A stretch of 64,000 nt of DNA from Planctomycetota bacterium (GTDB lineage Bacteria > Planctomycetota > SZUA-567 > H5-PLA8): positions 32,001 through 96,000 of the forward strand of contig JBBRPR010000011.1 of the NCBI GenBank assembly GCA_038227875.1. Direction: 5' to 3'. Position numbers and translations under genes: made by a program. This document shows positions 16,924 to 26,095 of the stretch, piece after piece. The stretch's first letter is position 1. The number at the start of each line of letters is the position of its first letter. The notes beneath the pieces were generated by a model. It did no database searches, was not told the DNA's origin, and saw nothing but the letters and a program-made list of their open reading frames with translations.

Positions 16924-19287
16924 TTACGCGCCCACTGCAACGGTGCGCGCCCACTCGGTCTGAATCGTCACGAGTTTGTGATAAACACCATCGGTCTTCG
17001 CCATTAATTCGTCGTGCGTGCCCTTCTCTTTCACTTCGCCGTTTTCCATCACCACGAGGTAGTGCGCGTGGCGGAGGGTGCTCAGGCGATGAGCGATGGC
17101 GATGGTGGTGCGGCCTTTCACCAGGCGTTCGAGCGCCTGTTGAATCTTCTGCTCGGTCTCCGTATCGACGCTGCTGGTGGCTTCGTCGAGAATCAGAATT
17201 TTTGGATCCATCACCAGCGCGCGGGCAATGGCGATGCGCTGCCGTTCGCCGCCGGAAAGTTTGGCGCCACGCTCGCCGACCTGGCTGTCGTAACCGTTGG
17301 GCAGACGCATGATGAATTCGTGTGCGTTCGCCGCGCTCGCCGCGCGGATGATCTCCGCCGCCGACGCTCCCGGCCGACCGAAGGCGATGTTCTCCGCGAT
17401 CGAGCCGTTGAACATGAACGGGTCCTGCAGCACGACCGACACGCGCTGATGGTACGCCTCGCGGCCGATCTGCCGGATGTCGATGCCATCGACGAGGATG
17501 CCGCCCTGGTCGACGTCATAGAGCCGCATGACCAGCTTGATCAGCGTCGATTTTCCCGACCCCGATTTGCCGACCAGCCCGACCATCTGCCCCGCGGCGA
17601 TTTCCAGGGTCAGGTTCTTGAGCACCGGCTTGTGCTTCTCGTATCCAAACGTGACGTCTTTGAGTTCGATGCGTCCGGTAACGTTGTCCATTGACAGCGG
17701 CGACGGCGCATCGACGATCTCCGGCTGCGTATCGATCAGCTCGAACACGCGCTCGGCCGCCGTGGTGCTGCGCGCCAGCCAGTCGTTCAATCGCGTCAGC
17801 AATTGCAGCGGGCCGTAGAGCAGCCCCATCAGCGTCAGGTACTCGATCAAATCGCCGGCCGACATGCGCCCGCCGAGCACTTCGTTACCGCCGAAGTACC
17901 AGACCAGGATCGATGACGACTGGATGATCAGTGTCAGCATCGGCAGCAGCGTCTGCCAGTTCTGTTCGGCGGTGATTGTGCGGGCGGTGGTTTCGTTGCT
18001 GCGCTCTTCAAACCGCGAAATCGTGCGGTTCTCCTGGCCTGTCGCTTTAATTTCCCGGGTTCCGTTCAGGGTGTCCGAGAGAAATGCGTTCATCCGCGAA
18101 ACGCTGTCCCACCACTTGCGGAAACCAACCATGATCTTCTTCCACACCAGCTTGGAGACGATCAGCACGATGGGAATGGGAATGATCACGATCATTCCGA
18201 GCGTCGGATTCTTGATCAGCAACGAAACTGAAATTCCCACCAGCAGAAGGAGGTTGATGACCGTGAACTGCACACCTTCGACCAGAAAACCTTCGATGTT
18301 CTGGCTATCGTGGCTGACGCGGCTCATCAACGCGCCGACCTGTCGCTTTTCGAAGTAGCCGAGACTCAAGATCTGAAGATGGTTGTACGCGCGCATGCGG
18401 ATGGAATTGGTGACCTGCGCACCGACCCAGACGGCCAGCCGTGACCGCACCGCGGCGATCAACGCCTGCGCGACCATGGTGGCGAAGAGAATGGCCAGCA
18501 GCGTGCCGAGCATCCCGGTGTTCTTCTTGATCAAGACGTCGTCGAGCAGGTATTTCGTGAGCCTGGGCGGAACGAGCTGAATCACGGCGCTCAACGTCAT
18601 CAGGATGGAAATACAGACGAGTTGCAACCGGTAGGGACGCGCGAAACTGAATATGCGGAAGAGCGTCCGCGTGCGGCTGATGCAGAACGGACAGACCTTG
18701 GTGTGCCGCGGGTACTGGCGTCCGCAGTTGCCGCAATTGCGTTCGATTTCCTCATCGAGCGAAATCTTGATCGCCTTCATCGCCACGTCGATGGCGACCG
18801 GGGGCTCTTTGGGCGGTTCGGGCTTTTTCTCTTCGACTGGCGGCCTCGCCGGTGTCGCGGGGATCGCTGGCTCTTTTATTTCTGTCTCGGGCTTCTTCTC
18901 GTCTTCCTTCTTCTCCGGAGGCTTCGGTCGCGCGGTCTTCTGCAGATTACCGGCGATCGAGCCGAACAGGCGCGCCTGGCTGGCAGGAAACCGAAGTACT
19001 TCCGTGGGCTTGCCATCGATGTCCAGCGAGAGCGCTCCACCGCCGATAAACGGCAGCGTTTTCGCGCCCGTCAGCTTGTCGAGATCGATAGCAGAAGTGA
19101 CTTCGTAGCCCTTGGTGTTGCGCACGACCGTGACGCGGCGGTCGCCGATCGCCAGCCACGTTTTGCCGTATTCGGCGTCCTGCGTCATATGCGAGCAGAT
19201 GCAGATCATCGGCTCTTTGTCAGTAATCGCCTGCTCGTTCAGCAGCTTCTGCAATTCCGCGGGAACGGTATGGCCATTCGTTGGCAT
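16924..19287 (-). CDS. ABC exporter (fused permease/ATPase) with N-terminal extension and Zn-ribbon
   Basis: Walker A GKSGSGKS, LSGGERQRIAIARA, ILILDEATS, AHRLST; CGNC..CPFC; ATG 19287 after AAGGA. Confidence 0.92.
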   Translation of the reverse strand: MPTNGHTVPAELQKLLNEQAITDKEPMICICSHMTQDAEYGKTWLAIGDRRVTVVRNTKGYEVTSAIDLDKLTGAKTLPFIGGGALSLDIDGKPTEVLRFPASQARLFGSIAGNLQKTARPKPPEKKEDEKKPETEIKEPAIPATPARPPVEEKKPEPPKEPPVAIDVAMKAIKISLDEEIERNCGNCGRQYPRHTKVCPFCISRTRTLFRIFSFARPYRLQLVCISILMTLSAVIQLVPPRLTKYLLDDVLIKKNTGMLGTLLAILFATMVAQALIAAVRSRLAVWVGAQVTNSIRMRAYNHLQILSLGYFEKRQVGALMSRVSHDSQNIEGFLVEGVQFTVINLLLLVGISVSLLIKNPTLGMIVIIPIPIVLIVSKLVWKKIMVGFRKWWDSVSRMNAFLSDTLNGTREIKATGQENRTISRFEERSNETTARTITAEQNWQTLLPMLTLIIQSSSILVWYFGGNEVLGGRMSAGDLIEYLTLMGLLYGPLQLLTRLNDWLARSTTAAERVFELIDTQPEIVDAPSPLSMDNVTGRIELKDVTFGYEKHKPVLKNLTLEIAAGQMVGLVGKSGSGKSTLIKLVMRLYDVDQGGILVDGIDIRQIGREAYHQRVSVVLQDPFMFNGSIAENIAFGRPGASAAEIIRAASAANAHEFIMRLPNGYDSQVGERGAKLSGGERQRIAIARALVMDPKILILDEATSSVDTETEQKIQQALERLVKGRTTIAIAHRLSTLRHAHYLVVMENGEVKEKGTHDELMAKTDGVYHKLVTIQTEWARTVAVGA

Positions 19288-19496
19288 CGTAACGCGTAGA
19301 TCCTTGAGACCGGCAGATTCGTCCCGCGGAGCGCGAAACGCAATGTTCTGGATTTGAGTACCGCGGTACAGCGTGCTTTTCGACTGACTTCGCAACTAGT
19401 TTCGAAAGTATTGTATTTATAAACCCTATGAAACGCCACGTGTCAATTTATTTCTACAAAAGTTCCGGCGGCGGGGCTGCACAGCGGATCAACGGT

Positions 19497-20006
19497 TCAC
19501 ACGTCCTTTACCTTGCGAGCACCTGCCAGGCGCGTGATCACAAATAGTCCACCGACAAACGCGCCGAGTCCAATGGCGAGCACCGCGAAGGCACTGATGC
19601 CGCCGCCGTCGCTGCCATCGTCCGGAAATTCGTTGGGTAGAATGAAATGCCCGGCGTGGTCGAAGCCCTTTTTGAAAACTCGGCCGTTCGGATCGAAAAT
19701 GATCAGCTCGGGAATCGCTTCCAGTTTGTACTGATGGGCGACGTCGCTTTCGGCACTGTTGATGTCGATCTTGCGCAACACCATGTCGCTGCGTTTGCGC
19801 ACGGCGTCTTCAAACTTCGGCCCCCAACGATCGCAGCTCGCGCACCAGTTGGCATAGAATTCAAAGACCGTGTACTTGCCGGGCACGAGCTGCTCGCGTT
19901 CATTGATGGCCGCGCCGTGGCTGATCGTCTTGCAGATCTCGTCCTCCACCGCACGAACTTGCGCGGCACCAAGTACGATCAACATATACGCAATGACGCG
20001 AATCAT
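19497..20006 (-). CDS. Exported thioredoxin-family protein with C-terminal membrane anchor
   Basis: EFYANWCASC, cis-Pro AIPEL, N-terminal signal peptide, hydrophobic C-terminus. Confidence 0.85.
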   Translation of the reverse strand: MIRVIAYMLIVLGAAQVRAVEDEICKTISHGAAINEREQLVPGKYTVFEFYANWCASCDRWGPKFEDAVRKRSDMVLRKIDINSAESDVAHQYKLEAIPELIIFDPNGRVFKKGFDHAGHFILPNEFPDDGSDGGGISAFAVLAIGLGAFVGGLFVITRLAGARKVKDV

Positions 20007-20055
20007 ACTTTCAGTTTACCCAGCAGCGATGCAGCGTCGACTAAAGTGCGCAAAC

Positions 20056-20087
20056 AAAAAAAGCGCCGGCTGATTAAGCCGGCGCTT
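20056..20087 (-). terminator. Rho-independent terminator of the ribosomal superoperon
   Basis: 11-bp stem aagcgccggct/agccggcgctt with a U-run on the minus strand, just after rplQ. Confidence 0.85.
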
Positions 20088-20131
20088 CTTACTTGTTGAG
20101 TTTCGTTTTCCCGAATGGCCCAACAGCCAAC

Positions 20132-20668
20132 TTACGCCTTCGGTGCTTCCGGAGCCGCCGGCTTGCTATCGGCCTTCGCCTTCGGCTTCTTGCTGCGGCG
20201 CTGCTTCTGGCTCTTCTCGCGCTTGACGATTTCAGCCTCGCACAGTTCCCACAGCACCAGCGTGGCGTTGTCGCCCAACCGCGTGCCGTAGTACTTCGAG
20301 CGGTTGAACTTCGTGCCACGCGGCAGGTCCGACTGCGCCTGGCGGATGGTCGTCGGCAGGCGCAGGATGCGCGTGTAGCCGCCGGTCCGGTTGGCGAAGC
20401 GGTCCTTGATCTCGGAGAAGATCTTCTTGACGGCGCGCTTGGCGGCCGACGTCGAGCCGAGTTCCGAGATGGCCTGGCGGCGGTCGTGCACGGTGCCGTT
20501 CTTGCCCATCGTGATCAACCGTTCGGCGATCGGGCGGGCCGCTTTGGCCTTCTGGATCGTCGTGCGGATGCGGCCGTGCTCAACCAGATTCATCACCATG
20601 TTGCGGAACATCGCCCGGCGATGGTCAGGATGACGGCCAAAATTCTTTGCTGCACTCATGTGTCGCAT
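20132..20668 (-). CDS. rplQ: 50S ribosomal protein bL17 (with insertion and tail)
   Basis: MRH...HRRAMFRNM..HGRIRTT..KAK, GGYTRILRL, RLGDNA. Confidence 0.97.
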   Translation of the reverse strand: MRHMSAAKNFGRHPDHRRAMFRNMVMNLVEHGRIRTTIQKAKAARPIAERLITMGKNGTVHDRRQAISELGSTSAAKRAVKKIFSEIKDRFANRTGGYTRILRLPTTIRQAQSDLPRGTKFNRSKYYGTRLGDNATLVLWELCEAEIVKREKSQKQRRSKKPKAKADSKPAAPEAPKA

Positions 20669-20716
20669 GTTGACCCCAAATCCGTTCTAGATTCCCAAAT
20701 TCAGAAACTGCTGTGC

Positions 20717-21778
20717 TTAAGCGCTCGGCGCGCTCGCTTCTTCGCCGACTTCCATGCCGAACGACAAACCCATGTCGAACAGCTTCTTCTTGATTTCCTT
20801 GAGGCTGGTCTTGCCGAAGTTCTTGATCTTCAGCACGTCGCCTTCGGTCAGGCGCACCAGGTCGCCAAGCGTCTGTATGTTCGCGGCGGCCAGGCAGTTC
20901 TCCGCGCGCACGGACGGTTCGAGGACGCTGACGGGCAGCTTGAGCTTGTCGCGAATTTCCTTCGCACCGGTGTCTTCGCCCGTGGTCAGCTCGCCGGCGG
21001 GCGCTTCCACGCCGCTGGTTTCCATCTGCTGGCCGAGTTCGAAGTACTTCACGAACGGGTTGAAGTGCTTGCGCAGGATCGTCGATGATTCCACCAGCGC
21101 CATTTCCGGCGTGACAGTTCCATCGGTCCAGATTTCCAGGATCAGCTTGTCGAAGTCGGTCTGCTGTCCGACGCGGGTGTTCTCCACCCGGTAGCGCACG
21201 CGGCGCACGGGGGTGTAGATGCTGTCGATCGGAATGACGCCAATCGGCGCGTCGGGCGTGATGTTTTCTTCAGCCGTGCGGTAGCCGCGGCCCTTGCGCG
21301 CCGTCATCTCGATGTTCATCGTGACGTCGTCGGTCAGGGTGCAGAGCAGCAGTTCCGGGTTGACGATTTCAAAGCGTTCATCGCGGACGATATCGCCGGC
21401 CTTCAGAGGGCCCTTGACCTTCTTCTCCACCTTGAACGAAATCGGCTCGTCGGTATGTACCTTGAGGCGCAGTTCCTTGATGTTCAGAATCAAATCGGTG
21501 ATGTCTTCGTAGAGTCCCGGGATGGCCGTGAACTCGTGGGAGACATGGGTCGTCTTCAGCTTGCCGTCTTCAGCCTTGTGCGTGACTTCGACGCGGATCG
21601 AGGAGACCGCCGCGCCTTCGAGGCTGGAGAGCAGCACGCGCCGCAACGAATTGCCGACCGTGACGCCGTAACCGCGTTCAAACGGTTCGGCCACAAATTT
21701 TCCGTAGCGATCGTTCGCCGTTTCCTTTTCCAGGGTGACATGAGTGGGAAGCTCGAAACCGCGCCAGCGAATTCGCAT
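20717..21778 (-). CDS. rpoA: RNA polymerase alpha subunit
   Basis: EPFERGYGVTVGNSLRRVLLSS, VENTRVGQQTDFDKL, NFGKTSLKEI. Confidence 0.98.
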   Translation of the reverse strand: MRIRWRGFELPTHVTLEKETANDRYGKFVAEPFERGYGVTVGNSLRRVLLSSLEGAAVSSIRVEVTHKAEDGKLKTTHVSHEFTAIPGLYEDITDLILNIKELRLKVHTDEPISFKVEKKVKGPLKAGDIVRDERFEIVNPELLLCTLTDDVTMNIEMTARKGRGYRTAEENITPDAPIGVIPIDSIYTPVRRVRYRVENTRVGQQTDFDKLILEIWTDGTVTPEMALVESSTILRKHFNPFVKYFELGQQMETSGVEAPAGELTTGEDTGAKEIRDKLKLPVSVLEPSVRAENCLAAANIQTLGDLVRLTEGDVLKIKNFGKTSLKEIKKKLFDMGLSFGMEVGEEASAPSA

Positions 21779-22000
21779 GGTAAAATACCTCGCGTCCTCA
21801 ACATTTTGCGTTCAACGCCTGTGCCGGACGCGGGATTGAGGAGAATCCCGGCCGACGCGGATAAGGCGCCGCTGTTGTTCAAGGCCCTGGCCCTTCACCG
21901 CATCCGCGCGGCATGCGGAACCAGGTCCCCCCTGCGGTACTACATTCTTCTCCAGCGCGGAAGGCTCTTATGAAGCCCGCCGCGCTGGAAAGAAACTTTT

Positions 22001-22627
22001 TTACTTCGACAGCAATTCGACGATCAACTGTTCCTGGACGGGAATCGACACGTCTTCGCGGGTCGGCAGGCCGACGATCTTGCCGCTCAGGTTCTCCGCT
22101 TCCGCGGCGATCCAGGACGGGCACTGGCGCCCCTTCGTTTCTTCCAACCGGGCGCGGACGCGCTTCTGGCTCTTGTCGCGCGGGCGGACCTTCAACTCTT
22201 CGCCCACTTCGACCAGGAAGCTCGGCACGCTGACGCGGCGGCCATCGATGTTGATGTGGCCGTGCGTGATCAACTGGCGCGCTTCGCCGCGGGAGGCGGC
22301 CCAGCCCAGCTTGAAGACCACGTTGTCCAGGCGGCGTTCGAAAATGGTCATGAGGGTTTCGCCGGTGTTACCCTTGGAACCCGAAGCTTCGGCGAAATAG
22401 CGGCGGAACTGCTCTTCCATCACGCCGTAGAAGCGCTTGACCTTCTGCTTTTCGCGCAGGCCTTCACCGAACGACGAGACCTTGCCGCGGCGGAAACTGA
22501 CGTTACCGGGCGGGTAGTCGCGGCGCGCAATCGCGCACTTTTCGGATTCGCAGCGGATGCCCTTCAGAAACAGCTTCATGCCTTCGCGGCGGCACAACCG
22601 GCACTTCGGTCCTGTATACCGACCCAT
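22001..22627 (-). CDS. rpsD: 30S ribosomal protein uS4 (Zn-binding type)
   Basis: MGRYTGPKCRLCRREG, LREKQK, ERRLDNVV, ARQLITHGH; ATG 22627 after AAGGAG. Confidence 0.98.
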   Translation of the reverse strand: MGRYTGPKCRLCRREGMKLFLKGIRCESEKCAIARRDYPPGNVSFRRGKVSSFGEGLREKQKVKRFYGVMEEQFRRYFAEASGSKGNTGETLMTIFERRLDNVVFKLGWAASRGEARQLITHGHINIDGRRVSVPSFLVEVGEELKVRPRDKSQKRVRARLEETKGRQCPSWIAAEAENLSGKIVGLPTREDVSIPVQEQLIVELLSK

Positions 22628-22874
22628 CGTCTCTCCTTGGGTGACCGCCATCCGTAACAACCGCAATCGCGGGTGGGATGTTCAGTCGCTTCGGACACAC
22701 GCAGTTTGAACTCTCTCGGAGTTCGCAAACCGACATGAAATCCACGCGCGTTATTCCGTTCCGGCAGCCGCCGAATCCTGTGGCGGCTCGTCTTCTCGAG
22801 TACTGCTTCGTTTTCAACCGGGAAGACGCAACGCGCTGATCCGGCCTGTGGCTGAAAACGTTACTGCAACTGAA

Positions 22875-23258
22875 TCACACGCGGCGGCGCTTGCGCGGAC
22901 GGCAGCCGTTATGGGGCAGCGGCGTGACGTCTTCGATGGCGCGGACGCTCAGCCCGGCGGCCTGCAGACCGCGGATCGCCGACTCGCGGCCCGATCCCGG
23001 TCCCTTGACGCGGACTTCGACTTCCTTCATGCCCATCTTCAAGGCCTTCTCCGCGACGGCTTCCGCCGTGCGCTGAGCGGCGAAGGGCGTGCTCTTGCGT
23101 GCGCCCTTGAACTTCACCGTGCCCGCCGAATCCCAGCACAGCGTGTCGCCGTCGGTATCGGTGATCGAGATGATCGTGTTGTTGAACGTCGCCTGCACGT
23201 GGGCGATGCCGCGCGCCACGCTGCGTTTGACTTTTTTCTTCTTGTACGCCTTAGCCAT
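22875..23258 (-). CDS. rpsK: 30S ribosomal protein uS11
   Basis: [26 protein letters not shown]. Confidence 0.98.
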   Translation of the reverse strand: MAKAYKKKKVKRSVARGIAHVQATFNNTIISITDTDGDTLCWDSAGTVKFKGARKSTPFAAQRTAEAVAEKALKMGMKEVEVRVKGPGSGRESAIRGLQAAGLSVRAIEDVTPLPHNGCRPRKRRRV

Positions 23259-23348
23259 TCTGCTCCTGCCTTCCGTATTTCGCTTTAGCCAATCTCAAGT
23301 ACATTCAAGCAGCCCGTCGCCAAGCCGGACTGGACAGGCTGAATTTTC

Positions 23349-23765
23349 TTAGCGCATTTCCTTCACTGAGCGCTTCACGGCCACTGTCTTCTTCTTGCCC
23401 TTGCGGGTGCGCGCGTTGGTGCGTGTGCGCTGACCGCGGACCGGCAGGCCCTTGACGTGGCGCATGCCACGGTAGCAGCCGATCTTCTTGAGGCGCATGA
23501 TGTGCTGCTGCGTCTTGCGGCGGAGCGCACCTTCGACGGGACCGGAGCGGCCGTCCTTGGTCACTTCGTCGTTGTAGTTCTTGTCGATGAACGCGGTGAT
23601 GCGCGCGACTTCATCGTCCTTCAGGTCGCGGGCGCGCGTGTCCGGATTGACGCCCGTTTCCTTGAGGATCTGCTTGGCGCGGTAAGCGCCAACGCCGTAA
23701 ATGTACTGCAGCGACATCTCGACACGCTTTTCGTTCGGGATGTCAATACCCATGATACGTGGCAT
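23349..23765 (-). CDS. rpsM: 30S ribosomal protein uS13
   Basis: [34 protein letters not shown]. Confidence 0.98.
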   Translation of the reverse strand: MPRIMGIDIPNEKRVEMSLQYIYGVGAYRAKQILKETGVNPDTRARDLKDDEVARITAFIDKNYNDEVTKDGRSGPVEGALRRKTQQHIMRLKKIGCYRGMRHVKGLPVRGQRTRTNARTRKGKKKTVAVKRSVKEMR

Positions 23766-23913
23766 GCTCTCTCCTTCGAATTCCGAGGACGAATCACTTC
23801 GTCCGTTCGAAATCTGTTTCCGTTGCTCGAATTTATTCCCGAGGTCTCATCGCACTCGAGGTGTCTGTTTTTAACCACATGGACAATTGTCCGTATGGTC
23901 CTCCGGATATTAC

Positions 23914-24027
23914 TTAGCCCTGACGCATCTTGTGACGCGGTTCGGTGCAGATCACTCGCAGACGACCCTTGCGGCGGACGATCTTGCAGTTCTCACAGCG
24001 GCGTTTAATGGACGGTCTGACTTTCAT
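23914..24027 (-). CDS. rpmJ: 50S ribosomal protein bL36 (not in ORF track)
   Basis: Manual translation [37 protein letters not shown]. Confidence 0.97.
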   Translation of the reverse strand: MKVRPSIKRRCENCKIVRRKGRLRVICTEPRHKMRQG

Positions 24028-24112
24028 GACAACCCTCTTTCAAGTTCGAATGTCAACCCGCAAGTGTCGAATTTCGAAAGGCGAAATTCAGCACCCGCTC
24101 TTCTTTTTCACT

Positions 24113-24328
24113 TCATCCCCGGAACACGATCCGGCCCTTGGTCAGATCGTATGGGGACATCTCCACGGTAACGTGATCGCCGGGCAGAATCTTGATGAAG
24201 TTCATCCGCATTTTGCCCGATACGTGCGCAAGGATGATGTGGCCCGTGGGGAGCTCCACCTTAAACTGCGTATTTGGAAGCGCTTCCCGTACGGTTGCCT
24301 CCATGCGAATCGGTTCTTCTTTTGCCAT
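24113..24328 (-). CDS. infA: Translation initiation factor IF-1
   Basis: [39 protein letters not shown]. Confidence 0.98.
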   Translation of the reverse strand: MAKEEPIRMEATVREALPNTQFKVELPTGHIILAHVSGKMRMNFIKILPGDHVTVEMSPYDLTKGRIVFRG

Positions 24329-24401
24329 ACATCCTATCAATAATGCAAATGGTTAACGTGTGCCATCACCTGTGAGGGCACACGCAACTGGAAAGCCGAA
24401 A

Positions 24402-24430
24402 CTTTTAGCAAAATGCGACTTCGTTGTCAA
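24402..24430 (-). promoter_or_regulatory. Putative internal sigma70 promoter for infA-rpmJ-alpha genes
   Basis: Minus strand TTGACA-17 nt-TAAAAG with extended -10 TG. Confidence 0.5.
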
Positions 24431-24470
24431 TCTCACATCCGCGATTATCAACAATTTTCATGCACAATTT

Positions 24471-25256
24471 CTACAATTTCGTTAAAATTTCGATCCGGTC
24501 CGCCAAGATCGCCACCGTGTGTTCGAAATGAACTGACCTTCCTGCATCCTGTGTCCGCACCGGCCAATCACTAGGTGCGCCCTTCACTTTTTCTGTGCCT
24601 TCGTTCACCATCGGCTCGATCGCCAGCACCATTCCGGGCTTTAAAACGGTCCGGAATCCTGGCAGCCAATCTTTTGTTTCAACATAGTTGCGAACCTGCG
24701 GGGGTTCATGCAGCGACTGCCCCACCCCATGCCCCACGTAATCGCGAACTACGGTAAAGCCACGTTCTTCAATCAGAGTCTGCACGGCCTTCGACGCTTC
24801 TGCCAGCAAGCCCTTCGGCTTCATCGCCGCGATACCCGCGTACAACGCTTCTTCGCCGGCCTTGAGCAACTTCGCGGCTTCCGGGTCCGGCGTGCCGACG
24901 GGGAACGTCCACGCCGAGTCGCCGATGTAGCCGTTCTTGTACACACCCACGTCGATCGAGACCAAATCGCCGTTCTTCAGCGGCACGTCGTCGGGGATGC
25001 CATGCACGACCACGTCATTGACTGAAGCACAGACCGCCGAGGGAAACGGTACTTTGCCCGGCAGCTCATAGCCTTTGAACGGAGAACGTCCACCGGCCTT
25101 GGCGATGTGCTCCGTGACGGCCTGATCGATCTGCCGCGTCGTGACGCCCGGCGCGATCATCTTGCGCACGAGCTCCAGGCACTCGGCGACCACGCGGCCG
25201 GATTCGCGGATCAGTTCAATCTGCCGCGCGGAATAGATCTTCGGGGTATCGCTCAC
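24471..25256 (-). CDS. map: Type I methionine aminopeptidase
   Basis: SVNDVVVHGIP, GHGVGQSLHEPP, AIEPM, HFEHTV. Confidence 0.97.
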   Translation of the reverse strand: MSDTPKIYSARQIELIRESGRVVAECLELVRKMIAPGVTTRQIDQAVTEHIAKAGGRSPFKGYELPGKVPFPSAVCASVNDVVVHGIPDDVPLKNGDLVSIDVGVYKNGYIGDSAWTFPVGTPDPEAAKLLKAGEEALYAGIAAMKPKGLLAEASKAVQTLIEERGFTVVRDYVGHGVGQSLHEPPQVRNYVETKDWLPGFRTVLKPGMVLAIEPMVNEGTEKVKGAPSDWPVRTQDAGRSVHFEHTVAILADRIEILTKL

Positions 25257-26008
25257 CCTGCACTACTCCCCGGTTTTGGTGCCTGGCCCTGATGTTGTCC
25301 CAGCGAGTGCGCCTTCCAGCGTACTCCGGCTCGATTCGGCGCATTTGCGGCTTTCAGCACCGCCGCGCCCACTTCGTCCATCCCGCCATTGCCGCCGACC
25401 ACTTCGAGCACATTTTGATCGGCGTAGAACTGAATCAGCGGCTCCGTCTCACTCCAGTACTTCTGCTGACGCACACGGATCGTTTCGGGCTTGTCGTCTT
25501 CGCGGATGATCAGCGTCTTGCCGCAGAGGTCGCATTTTCCCGGCGTCTTCGGCGGCTTGCTTTCCAGATTGTAGACCGCGCCGCAGAGCGGATCGGGACA
25601 ACTGCGGCGCTGTTCCAACCGATGTTCGATCACGTGCTCATCGGTCTCGATCAGAATGACCTTGTCGATCTTCTCGTTGCGCCTGGCCAGCACTTCGGCC
25701 AGAGCCTTGGCCTGCGGCGCCGTGCGGGGGAAGCCATCGAGCACATAACCGTTGCTGCTGGGCGACTGCGCTTTCAGGCTGTCGATGCTTTCGATCAACA
25801 GGTCGATCACAACTTTATCCGGCACCAAGTCGCCACGCTGCATGTACGGCCGGGCCAGCAATCCCACCGGCGTGCCGCGAGCGATGGCTTCGCGCAGACG
25901 ATCGCCTGTCGCCAGGTGGACCAGATTCAGCGCGTCGCACAGTTGCTGCGCCTGAGTGCCCTTCCCTGCTCCGGGCGGCCCCAACAGAATAATTCGCCGG
26001 TCGGACAT
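25253..26008 (-). CDS. adk: Adenylate kinase
   Basis: LLGPPGAGKGTQA, LDGFPRT, Zn lid C..C/CDLC, REDD. Confidence 0.97.
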   Translation of the reverse strand: MSDRRIILLGPPGAGKGTQAQQLCDALNLVHLATGDRLREAIARGTPVGLLARPYMQRGDLVPDKVVIDLLIESIDSLKAQSPSSNGYVLDGFPRTAPQAKALAEVLARRNEKIDKVILIETDEHVIEHRLEQRRSCPDPLCGAVYNLESKPPKTPGKCDLCGKTLIIREDDKPETIRVRQQKYWSETEPLIQFYADQNVLEVVGGNGGMDEVGAAVLKAANAPNRAGVRWKAHSLGQHQGQAPKPGSSAG

Positions 26009-26095
26009 TTGGGCTGAGGCCTTCTCAAGATAACCGTCGTTCCGCTGCGTTGGCGGCGCCGCAAGACGCGGCGCCACGGCACAGTGGATGTGCTC

